Counted from the first letter of the stretch, positions 42,034 to 52,712 are shown. The stretch is DNA of 64,000 nt from a virus (IMGVR_UViG_3300028591_000130:1-64000); one strand, 5' to 3'. The notes: generated from the letters alone by a model not told the origin. Numbers and translations: made by a program.

Positions 42034-42095
42034 GAAATATCTTATCTGCAGTAATATGGTTTGTAAAGGAATTCTGTAAAAAGGAGGTAATCAGA

Positions 42096-44063
42096 TTGTC
42101 TACAGTTAGGTTCGTTGACAAAGATACGTTATACAGCAGCGAACGATCAACTGCTCAAGAAGTTAACTATCCTGTAGCTACTGTGGTGTACGCAGTATCT
42201 ACCGAACTTCCTGTTAAGCTGCCAAAAAATGTACTTTTATACACTACTGACACAAGAGAATTGTATATCGGTACAGGCGATAAATTGGTCAGAGTTAACA
42301 TAGGCTCAGACGGTGCTGTTGTAAGCTTGGCTGACTACCTGACAGAAGCACAGTTAGGTAATACCTACACAAAACTTGAACGTTTTAATCCCGTCAAAGA
42401 TCAAGTAGACGCACTTAATGTTCAGCTTGGTCGTCTGCAAGACTCTATTAGTACCGTCAATATCAAACTTGACAATAAAGTTGATGACGATGATATCTTT
42501 ACAGTCAGAGAGATGCAGAACACCTTTGTTAAGAATGAACAGTTTATTAACGGTCTTGACAATAAAGTTAACGTACGTGTTAATGATCAGGGCAATGAGT
42601 CATATCACGTTAACACTAAAGACGGATCTGTAATCCAGTTTATTAACGGTCAAACGAAGATAACGTCAAAAGTCAGTGTTCAAAAAGATAATGTTACGTT
42701 ACAAGCTTTAAATAACTCTAACTTGGGTAGTCGTTTGTTCGTTAAACAGACCGGTATCTTTTATACCGAAGACCAAGAGACACCAAAAGAAAAAGACAGA
42801 CTGGCCACACAAGACGATATTGACAAGTTACAAAATATGTACAGTGATCTGGTATCAAGAGTAGAAGGTATTGAGATACAGCACGGGCAGGTTAAGGCAC
42901 AAACTGACAGTTTTGAACTTAACCTTGCTCGTATGATTGCATCTTTGGAAGCAGCAAGTGCTGACGCCACCGAAATAAGAGATATTGCAACAAGAGCAGA
43001 CAACCTGGCAAGTGTTACTAACAATAACTATATTGACTTGTATAACACGGTAGGTTCTTTAAATTCTGCTGTGCAAAACATATCTTCTACAGCGCAAGCT
43101 GCCTATACCGACGCAAACTGGAGTTCTGATGCCATAGCACAATATCGTCTTGAAAATGACGCAAGGGTTACCACTCTTGAACAAAGTCTTGACAGGTATA
43201 TGGGTGCACAAGTTATTTATAGCGTCATAGATAACCCTGCAGCAAAAGTTATCACAAATATTGTGCCCGGTTATTACGTTAATAATCCTGTTAATATTCT
43301 TGAAGTTCCTTACGGCACTAAAGATATTGCCAGTAAGATAGCAGCTGTTGATGCCGATAACGTTCTTGTAGCTGCAGTTACCGAAAGTGATATGCCTTTA
43401 ACTGTACCTGCGGGTATATCTTGGGACTTCACTATGTACAATCCTACAAATTATCAAACAGCTGTAGTTTACGCAGGTAATATTAAAGAAACGGCAGATC
43501 TTAAATTGCCTGTCGGCAGTACGCTAAGACCGCAGATTGTTATCAAGGTTAAAGCACCTGACAATATCTTACCTGTTGACATAGCTGATAACGGATGGAT
43601 TGAGTACTTTGTTATGCCTATTAACTGTTATATGGTTAGAGATTTCGCATCTTCATTTATCCAAAAGAGCATAGGATCTGAAGAACTTATGGGTATAGAT
43701 CAGAACGGCGAACCTGTTATTCGTACTGTACGTCTGGATCTCGTAGGTGCACTTAACGAAAGAGACGAGACACAAGAAAATCCGGTTCTAAAGACCTATA
43801 CAGACTTAACGGATACAACTGACGTTCTTGACAGTAAGTTTATATCCAAATATCCTGAAGGTTTGGAAGTTCCTGTCAGACTCAACAATGAAGACACCTT
43901 TGATGAGTATGAAACAGAATGTTATCACGCAGGTGCGTTTATCAGCAACGGTGCATTCTGGTATAACCAAGATTCTGACTGTCTTGTGTTTGATAACAGA
44001 AGTCCTGTTAACTTGGTTTACAAGATATATACTATTAGTCCTTCTTCTGAAGGAGGTGCGTAA
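42096..44063 (+). CDS. Tail fibre / appendage protein
   Basis: LLYTTDTRELYIG fibre N-terminal module and a coiled-coil shaft. Its N-terminus is paralogous to that of 44684. Confidence 0.6.
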   Translation: MSTVRFVDKDTLYSSERSTAQEVNYPVATVVYAVSTELPVKLPKNVLLYTTDTRELYIGTGDKLVRVNIGSDGAVVSLADYLTEAQLGNTYTKLERFNPVKDQVDALNVQLGRLQDSISTVNIKLDNKVDDDDIFTVREMQNTFVKNEQFINGLDNKVNVRVNDQGNESYHVNTKDGSVIQFINGQTKITSKVSVQKDNVTLQALNNSNLGSRLFVKQTGIFYTEDQETPKEKDRLATQDDIDKLQNMYSDLVSRVEGIEIQHGQVKAQTDSFELNLARMIASLEAASADATEIRDIATRADNLASVTNNNYIDLYNTVGSLNSAVQNISSTAQAAYTDANWSSDAIAQYRLENDARVTTLEQSLDRYMGAQVIYSVIDNPAAKVITNIVPGYYVNNPVNILEVPYGTKDIASKIAAVDADNVLVAAVTESDMPLTVPAGISWDFTMYNPTNYQTAVVYAGNIKETADLKLPVGSTLRPQIVIKVKAPDNILPVDIADNGWIEYFVMPINCYMVRDFASSFIQKSIGSEELMGIDQNGEPVIRTVRLDLVGALNERDETQENPVLKTYTDLTDTTDVLDSKFISKYPEGLEVPVRLNNEDTFDEYETECYHAGAFISNGAFWYNQDSDCLVFDNRSPVNLVYKIYTISPSSEGGA

Positions 44064-44065
44064 GA

Positions 44066-44680
44066 ATGAGTACAGTTACAAGAGCTGATATCGAAGAACT
44101 TAAAAATTACTTACAAAAAATAGTTCTTGCAGACAATCTTTCTTCTAATCCGGAACTCAGATCTCACGCATTACTTGAAAAGAATGCCAAGCTTGAAACG
44201 TCAACCAAGACTGTCATAGGCGCCATTAACGAACTTGTAAGACGTATTAACACAGAGACTAAAAGTAATCGTCAAGTTATTATGTCCTTGCTCAGACTGG
44301 TAGGAGACCCTTACCTGCACCCTAATCTTGTTGATCAGGTATTACGACAAAGTACGTCACTAACCCAAATGGTATTAGACTTAACACGTAAAGTTAACGA
44401 AGTCAAAAATGCGTCAAGGACAGTTTACTATCAAGTATTTTCTGTTACCAACAACGACTATCTCAATAACTTTACGTATAAGCTTGATCATGTGCCGGTA
44501 AAAGAGTCAGTTAAGTTTATCCTTAACGGTGTAACCTATATTAAGGGATTTATTGTTAATCCTAATGAGTGTACTGTTCAATGGACAGACACAAAGGAAG
44601 CAATGGGTGCAGCAGGTATTACACCTGAGGTTGATTCAAGCATTATGATAGAGTATGTAGGCATAGAAGTGGAGGATTAA
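44066..44680 (+). CDS. Small fibre-associated protein
   Basis: LETSTKTVIGAINEL fibre motif; the C-terminal Ig-like module resembles that of 49385. Confidence 0.55.
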   Translation: MSTVTRADIEELKNYLQKIVLADNLSSNPELRSHALLEKNAKLETSTKTVIGAINELVRRINTETKSNRQVIMSLLRLVGDPYLHPNLVDQVLRQSTSLTQMVLDLTRKVNEVKNASRTVYYQVFSVTNNDYLNNFTYKLDHVPVKESVKFILNGVTYIKGFIVNPNECTVQWTDTKEAMGAAGITPEVDSSIMIEYVGIEVED

Positions 44681-44683
44681 GAT

Positions 44684-46852
44684 ATGGCTTCAACGTTAAA
44701 ATTCACAGGTAACGTTACAGGACAAATTAAGGCAAGGGGATCTTACGTTACAAAAAGTTATCCTACAAGTGCAATCCTATACACTACAAGTACAGAGTTG
44801 CCGGAAAAACTTGACGAAAATGCACTGATCTTCACAACCGATACTGCTGAACTTTTTGTAGGTACCAAGACAGGTATTCAAAAGTTAAAACTTGGCAGCG
44901 AAGCTGATCTTAATCCTGCAATTTACCTTACTATTGCTAACGCCAAAAACACCTACCAAACAAAGGAAGGTATGCAAAAGGTTAAGGACGATATCTACGA
45001 AGATATCTACACCTTACAAAATAACGTTTATACCAAGGAAGCTATTAATGACTTTATAGCTAAAGATTATGACAAAGACGGTGTTTTGGATAACCTTCAA
45101 ACTTATACAATGCAACGTATTGATGAGTTGCTTGGTGAAAAGGCAGCTTCTTCTGATATTTACTCCAAAAGAGAAACTAACGAACTCTTGTTGAACAAGG
45201 TAAACTATGATGACTTTACACCTGTTCAAAGCGCAGTTAATGCAATGTCACCCGTATTAACTCGTCTGTCTTCTGATATCACAACGAAGGCAAACAAGGA
45301 TGACGTTTACAGACAAACTGAAATTGACAATAAGTTTGTAGCTGTTAACACAAGCATTCTTGATATCCAAAATAGTGTAACGGCACTTGACGAAGCAGCA
45401 GCCAAACAAGCTGACGTCACAGATACCGTAAGAGAGATAAACAACAGGATTGACGCCCTGGATGACACAAAGACTTCGCTGGCTTACGTTAATGAGCAAG
45501 ATCTTGCTATTAAAACAACAGTTGGCAGTTTGTCTCGTGATCTTTCTGACTTTAAGACTACTGTTTACAACAAAAGTGAAATCGACTCTAAAGTTAGAGA
45601 ACTTAACAGCGCTGTCCAAGATACCAATACTGCTATTAATAACAGTGTTGCTGAAATCAATGAAACAATAGCAACGTTAAGTCACGATATCATAGATAAC
45701 AGCGCTGCAATCGGCAATAATGTTCGTGATATTACCACTAACGCAAGAGATATTGCAAGCGCAGTCATAGATATCAACACGATCAAAAGTACCTTACAAA
45801 CTAAAGCTAACAGCACTGACGTTTATACCAAAATTGAAGTTCAAAATCTTCTCGAAGGTAAAACTGATCTTACCGCCTTGTATCGTACTATAGAAGAGTA
45901 TAACGAACAAACAATCAAGGAAATGTTTGAAAGAGAAGATGCCCTTGACTTAACATTATTCTATACAAAGACTGAAGTTGACAATCTGTTAGCTAACAAA
46001 GCAAGCAGTACTAATCTTGAAACTCTTGTTGAAAGAGTCTCAACCATAGATCGTGACGTTACTCGTATTCTTGAAACAAAGTTACCGGCTATCACTAATG
46101 ATATGTCTACTATGGCAGGACAAATTGACAATGCCTTGTCTACAGTTAACGATAATACTATAGCTGTAAGGTCAGCCAATCGTAATTCTCTTGAAGCTAA
46201 AGTTAACGCTCAAAATGCCGTTGACACAGCAAACAACGCTCTTAATATTGCGAATAGTACTATCGAAAAAGGCGATAAGGCTATTGTTGACTCTGCTGCT
46301 GCACTCAGTGCTGCTACTGATGCTGCTGCTGCAGTTGAAGGTGCAGTCAGAGCTGCAAACAATATCCAAGACTTGATAGCAGGCGTTCAGCTTGAATTCG
46401 CAAACCTTAAGAATAATACAGTGAATACTGCTACCTTTACTGCCGAACTTGCAAAGAAAGCTGATATCGTTGCACTTGAAAATAAGGCAAGCAAAACAGA
46501 ACTTACTACAGGTTTGTCTCTTAAGGCAGACAAAAGTGCACTTGAAGATCTTGCTGACGTTGTAGCAATAAAGAGTACGGTAGAAAGTGCACTTGCTACT
46601 AAAGCTGACACAACAACAGTTGACTCAAAAGTTAGAGAAATAAACAATAGTATAACAAGTATTATAAATAGTGTAGAAGATCTCAATACTAAGCTTGAAG
46701 CTGCCATAAATGATACATCTTACGTTGATACTGCACTTCAAGAGAAGGCTAACATAACTGATGTTTACACAAAAGCTGAAGTTGACGAGATTATTAATGA
46801 TACTGTCAGACAGGTAATGAACACGTTAACCCTTAAGTTATTGGGACAGTAA
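44684..46852 (+). CDS. Coiled-coil tail fibre protein with KA..dvYTK.EvD repeats
   Basis: Multiple YTKxEVD / YSKxE repeats and heptad periodicity. Confidence 0.65.
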   Translation: MASTLKFTGNVTGQIKARGSYVTKSYPTSAILYTTSTELPEKLDENALIFTTDTAELFVGTKTGIQKLKLGSEADLNPAIYLTIANAKNTYQTKEGMQKVKDDIYEDIYTLQNNVYTKEAINDFIAKDYDKDGVLDNLQTYTMQRIDELLGEKAASSDIYSKRETNELLLNKVNYDDFTPVQSAVNAMSPVLTRLSSDITTKANKDDVYRQTEIDNKFVAVNTSILDIQNSVTALDEAAAKQADVTDTVREINNRIDALDDTKTSLAYVNEQDLAIKTTVGSLSRDLSDFKTTVYNKSEIDSKVRELNSAVQDTNTAINNSVAEINETIATLSHDIIDNSAAIGNNVRDITTNARDIASAVIDINTIKSTLQTKANSTDVYTKIEVQNLLEGKTDLTALYRTIEEYNEQTIKEMFEREDALDLTLFYTKTEVDNLLANKASSTNLETLVERVSTIDRDVTRILETKLPAITNDMSTMAGQIDNALSTVNDNTIAVRSANRNSLEAKVNAQNAVDTANNALNIANSTIEKGDKAIVDSAAALSAATDAAAAVEGAVRAANNIQDLIAGVQLEFANLKNNTVNTATFTAELAKKADIVALENKASKTELTTGLSLKADKSALEDLADVVAIKSTVESALATKADTTTVDSKVREINNSITSIINSVEDLNTKLEAAINDTSYVDTALQEKANITDVYTKAEVDEIINDTVRQVMNTLTLKLLGQ

Positions 46853-46879
46853 TGTCTGAAAAATCGGAGGTATAACAAA

Positions 46880-48577
46880 ATGGCTGAATTAAAAAATCTT
46901 GAAACATTGGCTCAGAATGTTGCTAACGCTGCAGCAGCTGCTCGTACTGCTGATATCAACGCAGCTAAAGCTGACGTTATCAACACAGTAGAAACTACTG
47001 TTGTTGAACGCGTTATCAAAAACACCCTTGACGTTGATATCAATCAGCTTGCTACTAAAGCTGAAGTTACTGCTGTTGCTGACGCTGCGGCGAGCGCACT
47101 TTCTACTGCTATCAGCGGTGTCAATACCACTATCGAAACTAACCGTCAGGCAGCAAGTGATAGTCTCGACAACTATCGTAGTACTGTTAACACAACAGTT
47201 GAAGGTATTAACGCTGATATCCAGGCTAACGCTGACGCTATTGCAGCTAACGGCGCAAGCATTACTCAGCACACTAACGATATCGCACAAGCACAAGCTG
47301 ATATCAGTGCTAACGCTACGGCTATCGAAAATGCTAATGGTCAGATTGCTCTTAAAGCTAACGCAGCTGACGTTTATACCAAGGCAGAAGTTAACGCTCT
47401 TCTCGGCAACGCTGCCAACGTAGAGGAAATCGTCGGTACTTACACTAAGGATAAGATTGACGAACTTCTTGCTCGTGAAATGGACGTTGAGAACACTTAT
47501 TCTCAAGCACAGGCTGACGCAAAGTTTGCAACTATCACAAACCTTAACGCAGCTACCGATCGTGTAACCGAACTTGAGACCAAGTGTGCAACTGTTTTGA
47601 CAAGCGTTCAAGCTAACGCCACTGCAGCAGCTACTGCTAACCAGAACGCTACCGACGCCCTTACAACTGCTAATAGTGCAAAAACTCTTGCTGACGACGC
47701 ACGTACTCGTTCAACAACAGCAAAAGAAATTGCAGAAGAAGCTAAAGGTATTGCCAGCACTGCGTCAGGTAACGCAGCAACAGCTCTTGATACTGCTAAC
47801 ACTGCAGCGTCAACTGCTACTACAGCTGACGGTAAAGCTGATACTGCTGTTACTACGGCAGGTACTGCTGTTACCAAAGCAGAAGCAGCACAAGCTGACG
47901 TAAGCACTCTCTCTGAAGACTTTGAAACTTACAAGACCACGACTGACGCAGCTCTTGCTACTAAGGCAACAACGACTGCACTCTCTGACGCACAGTTTGC
48001 ACTTCAGCAATCTATTAACGCCAAACTTGACACTGCTACTTATAACACAGATATCGCAACCAAAGTTGATACCGAAACCTACGAAGCAGGTATGGCCCTT
48101 AAGCTTGACGCGGCAACATTCCGTGATCATATTGCTGATTCCTATACCAAGGATCAGCTTTACACGAAGTCTGACGTTTATAACCAGACTGAAGTAAACA
48201 ATCTCTTACAAGGGTACGTTACAACTGCTAACCTTCGTACTCTTGAAACTGAACTTTCTTCAACCTTTAATAATAAAATTGATAAGGACGATTATCAAGA
48301 AGATCAAACTGCGTTACAAAACACTATTGCTACTCTCGCTGTTGCAAATACTGTTAACGCAGCTATTGCTCTTAAGGCTGATCAGGCTACCACCTATACC
48401 AAGACTGAAGTTGACGCTGCCATTGCACCCCTTGCTACTACTGCAAATGTAACTGCAGGTCTTGCTCTTAAAGCTGACGCATCTGATACCTATACCAAGG
48501 CTGAAGTTGACGCTGCCATTAACGCGGCCATTGCTGAAGTCCTTGAGACTATCCAAGCACAGCTTGCAGGCGAGTAA
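46880..48577 (+). CDS. Ala/Thr-rich coiled-coil fibre protein with YTKxEVD repeats
   Basis: Repeats KA...TYTK.EVDAAI and strongly biased codon usage. Confidence 0.65.
   Translation: MAELKNLETLAQNVANAAAAARTADINAAKADVINTVETTVVERVIKNTLDVDINQLATKAEVTAVADAAASALSTAISGVNTTIETNRQAASDSLDNYRSTVNTTVEGINADIQANADAIAANGASITQHTNDIAQAQADISANATAIENANGQIALKANAADVYTKAEVNALLGNAANVEEIVGTYTKDKIDELLAREMDVENTYSQAQADAKFATITNLNAATDRVTELETKCATVLTSVQANATAAATANQNATDALTTANSAKTLADDARTRSTTAKEIAEEAKGIASTASGNAATALDTANTAASTATTADGKADTAVTTAGTAVTKAEAAQADVSTLSEDFETYKTTTDAALATKATTTALSDAQFALQQSINAKLDTATYNTDIATKVDTETYEAGMALKLDAATFRDHIADSYTKDQLYTKSDVYNQTEVNNLLQGYVTTANLRTLETELSSTFNNKIDKDDYQEDQTALQNTIATLAVANTVNAAIALKADQATTYTKTEVDAAIAPLATTANVTAGLALKADASDTYTKAEVDAAINAAIAEVLETIQAQLAGE
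48392..48520 (+). repeat. 33-bp direct repeat (1 mismatch, 96-bp period) within the fibre gene
   Basis: ACCTATACCAAGA/GCTGAAGTTGACGCTGCCATT at 48392-48424 and 48488-48520. Confidence 0.85.
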
Positions 48578-48613
48578 TCTTAATAGACTATATTATAGTT
48601 AGATAAAATAACC

Positions 48614-48682
48614 GGAGGTAATCGGAATATAATCTGTACAAAGATAAAGTCCGGTTACCTCCTGTTTTAACAAAAGGAGGTA
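48614..48682 (+). promoter_or_regulatory. Leader with mutually exclusive stems (anti-SD / anti-anti-SD, or terminator-like)
   Basis: GGAGGTAATCGGA (48614-48626) pairs with TCCGGTTACCTCC (48650-48662). Alternatively TACCTCCT (48656-48663) pairs with the SD region AGGAGGTA (48675-48682). Confidence 0.5.
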
Positions 48683-48683
48683 T

Positions 48684-49346
48684 ATGGCTTTGGTTAACTT
48701 ACAAGCGTTAGCACAAAATCTTGCAACCAGCATATCGCAGTCACAAGAAACAAAAATAACGGCAGCTAACGCTGCTACTATCGCTAAAGTTAAAGACGAA
48801 GTAATATCAGATGCCATTAAGGAAAACCTTGGTGTTTCTGCTATGTCAGGATTAGCTACTGACGCTGAACTTACTGCAGCTCTTGCGTCTTACGTTAAGA
48901 CTGATGATATCTTTAAAAACGGATATTTTTATACCAAGAAAGATAACGCTGACGAATCTTACGCTTTGCTTTGGAACGAAAGTGACGGTGGCGGTTCACA
49001 GTACTATAACAAAACAGCTGATATCATTTCTTACGTGGGAACCAATGACGGTAACGCTGACGGTATAGCTGTACAAATTTACTCTAAGTATAAAGACGGT
49101 ATCGGTGACAATACCGTCAAAAACAGTGGGGTTCGTATTAACGTCAATCCTAAAGGAGCTTATTACACTAAAGGTACTGACACAACTGCAACAGGCGGAT
49201 CCGTCGATAACGAGATAGCAGTTAAGGGCGATATTACTGCGTTACTAAACAGGATATCAGATCTTGAAAGTTTGGTTACTACCCTTCAGACAGCTCTTGC
49301 TAACGCTGTTGACGGCAATGGTAACGCAGTCTACTCATTGCCGTAA
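48684..49346 (+). CDS. Small fibre/appendage protein
   Basis: The N-terminus is paralogous to 46880 (NL..LAQN.A). The beta-domain NESDGGG...GVRINVNPKGAYYT is shared with 42096. Confidence 0.6.
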   Translation: MALVNLQALAQNLATSISQSQETKITAANAATIAKVKDEVISDAIKENLGVSAMSGLATDAELTAALASYVKTDDIFKNGYFYTKKDNADESYALLWNESDGGGSQYYNKTADIISYVGTNDGNADGIAVQIYSKYKDGIGDNTVKNSGVRINVNPKGAYYTKGTDTTATGGSVDNEIAVKGDITALLNRISDLESLVTTLQTALANAVDGNGNAVYSLP

Positions 49347-49384
49347 AATAAAAATTTCGATATCATAAAGAGGTGTAACATTCT

Positions 49385-52201
49385 ATGGCAATCTTAATTA
49401 AACGAAACCAGATTGATGGTTTGGTAGCAATGTATGATCTGTTGCATCAGATCGACGAAAGCTATCCTGCGTCTAAAGTTACTACTGAAGTCGTTAAAAC
49501 ACCCGGTGACAGCAGTAATCCTCCGGTGTTGTATAATGCTGAAGATCTTGTTGAAGAGTTAAAAACTAACGTTGATAACATAATGGGTGGCGCCAACAAT
49601 ATCAGTCTTCCTGAACTTGAACGCGCCATTGGACAACTTAACGCAGAACTCAACGGCGGCAGTTATTATACTACTGTCGGCGGAACCAGCACGTCAGTTT
49701 TAGGTTTAAAGAATAAACCCATTAAAGACGTAGTACGCCTTGAATACAGCTGGATAGGACCTTCGTCAGGAAGTACGGCTACTCTTGTAAACGGTGAGAA
49801 AACTGCTAATCTTACAAGCAGTGACTCAACTGTTGCAGATCAGAGTGACGTTCTTTATAATACACAGCTTATTCCTTATACTGTTGAAGGTGAACGTATT
49901 GTTTCTTTTGAAAATAATACAGCAGGTGATATCACCTTTAATATCCAGACAGGAACATTCAGCAGTGATCCTTATATTATCGACTTTGAAGGTACGGTAG
50001 GATCTTACGGATCTAACAGGGAAACAGGGGCCGCTGTTGAGCCTGATCAAATTGTTTATAAACGTTTCCAAGGAACCAGCAGTGATCCTGTAAGATTTAA
50101 AGTATTCCCACGTGGCAAGTGGACTATTGAAGATCTTCCTACTAACGCACTTTTAGACAATAACGAACTGCAGCTTATCGCTTATGATCAAGCCTTAAAA
50201 AAGGTCGTTATCCAACTTGCCAAAGATACCAATCTTGTTAACCGGATAATTGAAGCTGTAGGCGTTGAAGCTATTGATGAAGCTATTGCTGCTCACTCTC
50301 AAGTTATAGATAATCGTCTTGATCTTCTTGAAGGTGTAGCTACTCCTGACAATACAACCATACCTGCAAGTGAACAAATAGGCAGAGCAGCAGTCAGATA
50401 TCAGTATGTTCAAGGCGCACCTGCAAAAACTGCCACTGCTTATAACGCAACCGGTGTTGCGTCAACTGCTACAATTAACGCCAGCGCTGAGTCTGTTACA
50501 AAGACCACTGTAGTACCGACAAAGAAATATGTAGATGACGCTATCACAGAAATTAAAACTTATGCCGTAGGCAGCGTCAATGATACGCCTGCCATTAACA
50601 GTAGCGGCTACGTTACTTTAGGTACAGCATTTGCAGAAATCAACGGTATTAAAGACAAGATGTTGTACAAAGATAAACTTATCGTTGGTGTCAAAAGCTC
50701 TCTTACTGCAAGCCAGGCTGTTACAAATAATACTATTGACGAAAAATCTCTTGTTACAAAATTTGCCAGCGTTGACGCAAACCACGCATCGTTAAGAAGT
50801 GATTTTGATCACTTCGTTACAGATCCTGACACTGTTCCTAACTCAGCCAGAGATCTGTTTGTACAATTTAGCGATGACGTTATTAATACATTTACTAAGG
50901 TCACAAAAGTTAATGATACTTATACCTTTGTTGACGCTGATTCTGATCACCCTGACGTCACAGGTATTAGAATCTTTAACGAAAAAACGTCAGAACTTAT
51001 TGATACAATAAAAGAAAACGATGACTCGTCTTACAAATGGAAATATATTGTTACTGCTCCTTCGTATACCGCAGCTACTCCTGCTCTTGCTTATTCTTCT
51101 GAAGAATCACTTAGCAGCAATGGCGGTATTACAGCCAAACCACTGGAAACAGCAGCAAGTCAAAGTACAGCAGTTTTATCTGAGCAATACACACGTTATC
51201 TTATTAGAGAAGAAAAGGAACGTGCCAGCTATAACGAATTACACATCTATCAGGATGCTTACTTGTGGAACAACATTACTAACGGAACTAAGGACACTGA
51301 TAACGTGTCTGTTACTGTTCCTACGTTTAACAGTGTTACCGGTGCGGCAGGCAGTGATACGCTAAAAACGGGCATAGCAACCGCAGCAAATGACAAGACT
51401 GTTGACGAAAAAACTCAAAGCATTAACGTACCTTCTGTTAAGTGGACACAGTATCGTATTGCAGAAGCCAAGAAGATTGCAGAGCTGAGAACAGAGGGTG
51501 TTAGAGACGAACTTCTTGCTCGTATAGCTTATGAACACGTTTACGCTGCTAACGCTCTTGCTGCTGCAGTTGAAGAACTTAATACTACAATAGCAGCGCT
51601 TGACGCCAAAACTTATGACTGGTCTCATATCGTAACAGCGAGCAGTCACGCTGCAATTACCGACTCTGCAGGTGTAACTGTTCAAGCTGCCCTTAATGCT
51701 GAAACCGCTGTATCAGAAAATACGGCTACGGTATCTAAGCAGTATGTGGATCAACAACTTTTGGTACACAAGGCAGAAGCTATCGTTGAAGCACACAATA
51801 TTGCTTATAATCTTGATCGTCGTCTTGACGTTGTTGAAGCTATTACTCCTATAAGAGAAAAACTTTCAGTTAATATTGTAAAAGATAGTGTAACCGGAGA
51901 GGTAACGTCAGAGACCTTTACATTATCGCAAATTCCACTTGACCTTAACGAACTTGTTGTTTCTGTTAACGGTGTTAACTATTACTATTTCGATCAAATC
52001 TTTACAGTCGCCCGTAACGCTAAGGTTGTTACGTGGAAACTTAAGAATGTCAATGGCAGTGCAGGCTTTAATCTTAGCGAAGTTCTTGATAATCCTGCTA
52101 CAGTTGTTGCGTCATACAACTACGTTGCGACCAACAAGCTTACAAACAATAATTACGCAGACAGCGCTCTTGCAACCGTACAAGTCGGTTTTATAGAGTA
52201 A
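49385..52201 (+). CDS. Tail fibre / appendage protein
   Basis: 938 aa with fibre-type repeats (PTKKYVD, SKQYVD) and a C-terminal Ig-like module. Confidence 0.55.
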   Translation: MAILIKRNQIDGLVAMYDLLHQIDESYPASKVTTEVVKTPGDSSNPPVLYNAEDLVEELKTNVDNIMGGANNISLPELERAIGQLNAELNGGSYYTTVGGTSTSVLGLKNKPIKDVVRLEYSWIGPSSGSTATLVNGEKTANLTSSDSTVADQSDVLYNTQLIPYTVEGERIVSFENNTAGDITFNIQTGTFSSDPYIIDFEGTVGSYGSNRETGAAVEPDQIVYKRFQGTSSDPVRFKVFPRGKWTIEDLPTNALLDNNELQLIAYDQALKKVVIQLAKDTNLVNRIIEAVGVEAIDEAIAAHSQVIDNRLDLLEGVATPDNTTIPASEQIGRAAVRYQYVQGAPAKTATAYNATGVASTATINASAESVTKTTVVPTKKYVDDAITEIKTYAVGSVNDTPAINSSGYVTLGTAFAEINGIKDKMLYKDKLIVGVKSSLTASQAVTNNTIDEKSLVTKFASVDANHASLRSDFDHFVTDPDTVPNSARDLFVQFSDDVINTFTKVTKVNDTYTFVDADSDHPDVTGIRIFNEKTSELIDTIKENDDSSYKWKYIVTAPSYTAATPALAYSSEESLSSNGGITAKPLETAASQSTAVLSEQYTRYLIREEKERASYNELHIYQDAYLWNNITNGTKDTDNVSVTVPTFNSVTGAAGSDTLKTGIATAANDKTVDEKTQSINVPSVKWTQYRIAEAKKIAELRTEGVRDELLARIAYEHVYAANALAAAVEELNTTIAALDAKTYDWSHIVTASSHAAITDSAGVTVQAALNAETAVSENTATVSKQYVDQQLLVHKAEAIVEAHNIAYNLDRRLDVVEAITPIREKLSVNIVKDSVTGEVTSETFTLSQIPLDLNELVVSVNGVNYYYFDQIFTVARNAKVVTWKLKNVNGSAGFNLSEVLDNPATVVASYNYVATNKLTNNNYADSALATVQVGFIE

Positions 52202-52240
52202 AAGAAAATAACTGACAGTAAAATAACGCTTATCCTTTGA

Positions 52241-52300
52241 TATAATCCCAAAGCAAAAGACGATCAAAAAATTTTGATCGTCTTTTGCTTTGGGATTATA
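52241..52300. repeat. 29-bp perfect inverted repeat (long hairpin; possible terminator or cruciform)
   Basis: TATAATCCCAAAGCAAAAGACGATCAAAA-AA-TTTTGATCGTCTTTTGCTTTGGGATTATA. Confidence 0.9.
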
Positions 52301-52358
52301 AAAAGGTAATACTGTTTTTAGAAACTTACAAGAGTTATAAGACAAGGAGGTTAGGGCT

Positions 52359-52712
52359 GTGGAGCAATATGCTATACAACTTTTTTCTGTCGTAATCAAC
52401 ATTATTCTTCTTTACGCTTTTAATAGATATAACGACAAACAAAAAGAAACATACAAGAAACAAATTGCTATCGAAAACGGACTGCGCAGTTTACTGAGAG
52501 ACAGGATTATTTACCAGTCATTGCACCATATCAAGGTCGGACTTGTGTCTGTTGAAGATATCGACAATATAACTTCGTTGTATAACGCATATAAAGATCT
52601 TAACGGTAATGGTGCAGTAGACAACGTTTACAATAAACTGCTTTCTTTACCTACGGTTACGTTACACTCAGAGATATCACACGGCAGTGAAACAGTAGTG
52701 CAAGAACACTGA
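52359..52712 (+). CDS. Putative holin-like membrane protein
   Basis: A single N-terminal TM helix followed by LRSLLRDRI...LYNAYKDLNGNG, a pattern common in Bacillota phage lysis genes. Confidence 0.6.
   Translation: MEQYAIQLFSVVINIILLYAFNRYNDKQKETYKKQIAIENGLRSLLRDRIIYQSLHHIKVGLVSVEDIDNITSLYNAYKDLNGNGAVDNVYNKLLSLPTVTLHSEISHGSETVVQEH

Noticed and set aside
44684-48577. CRISPR array or diversity-generating retroelement in the repeat-rich fibre region
   Set aside because: The repeats are in-frame coding repeats without unique spacers. No reverse transcriptase or TR/VR pair is visible in the window.
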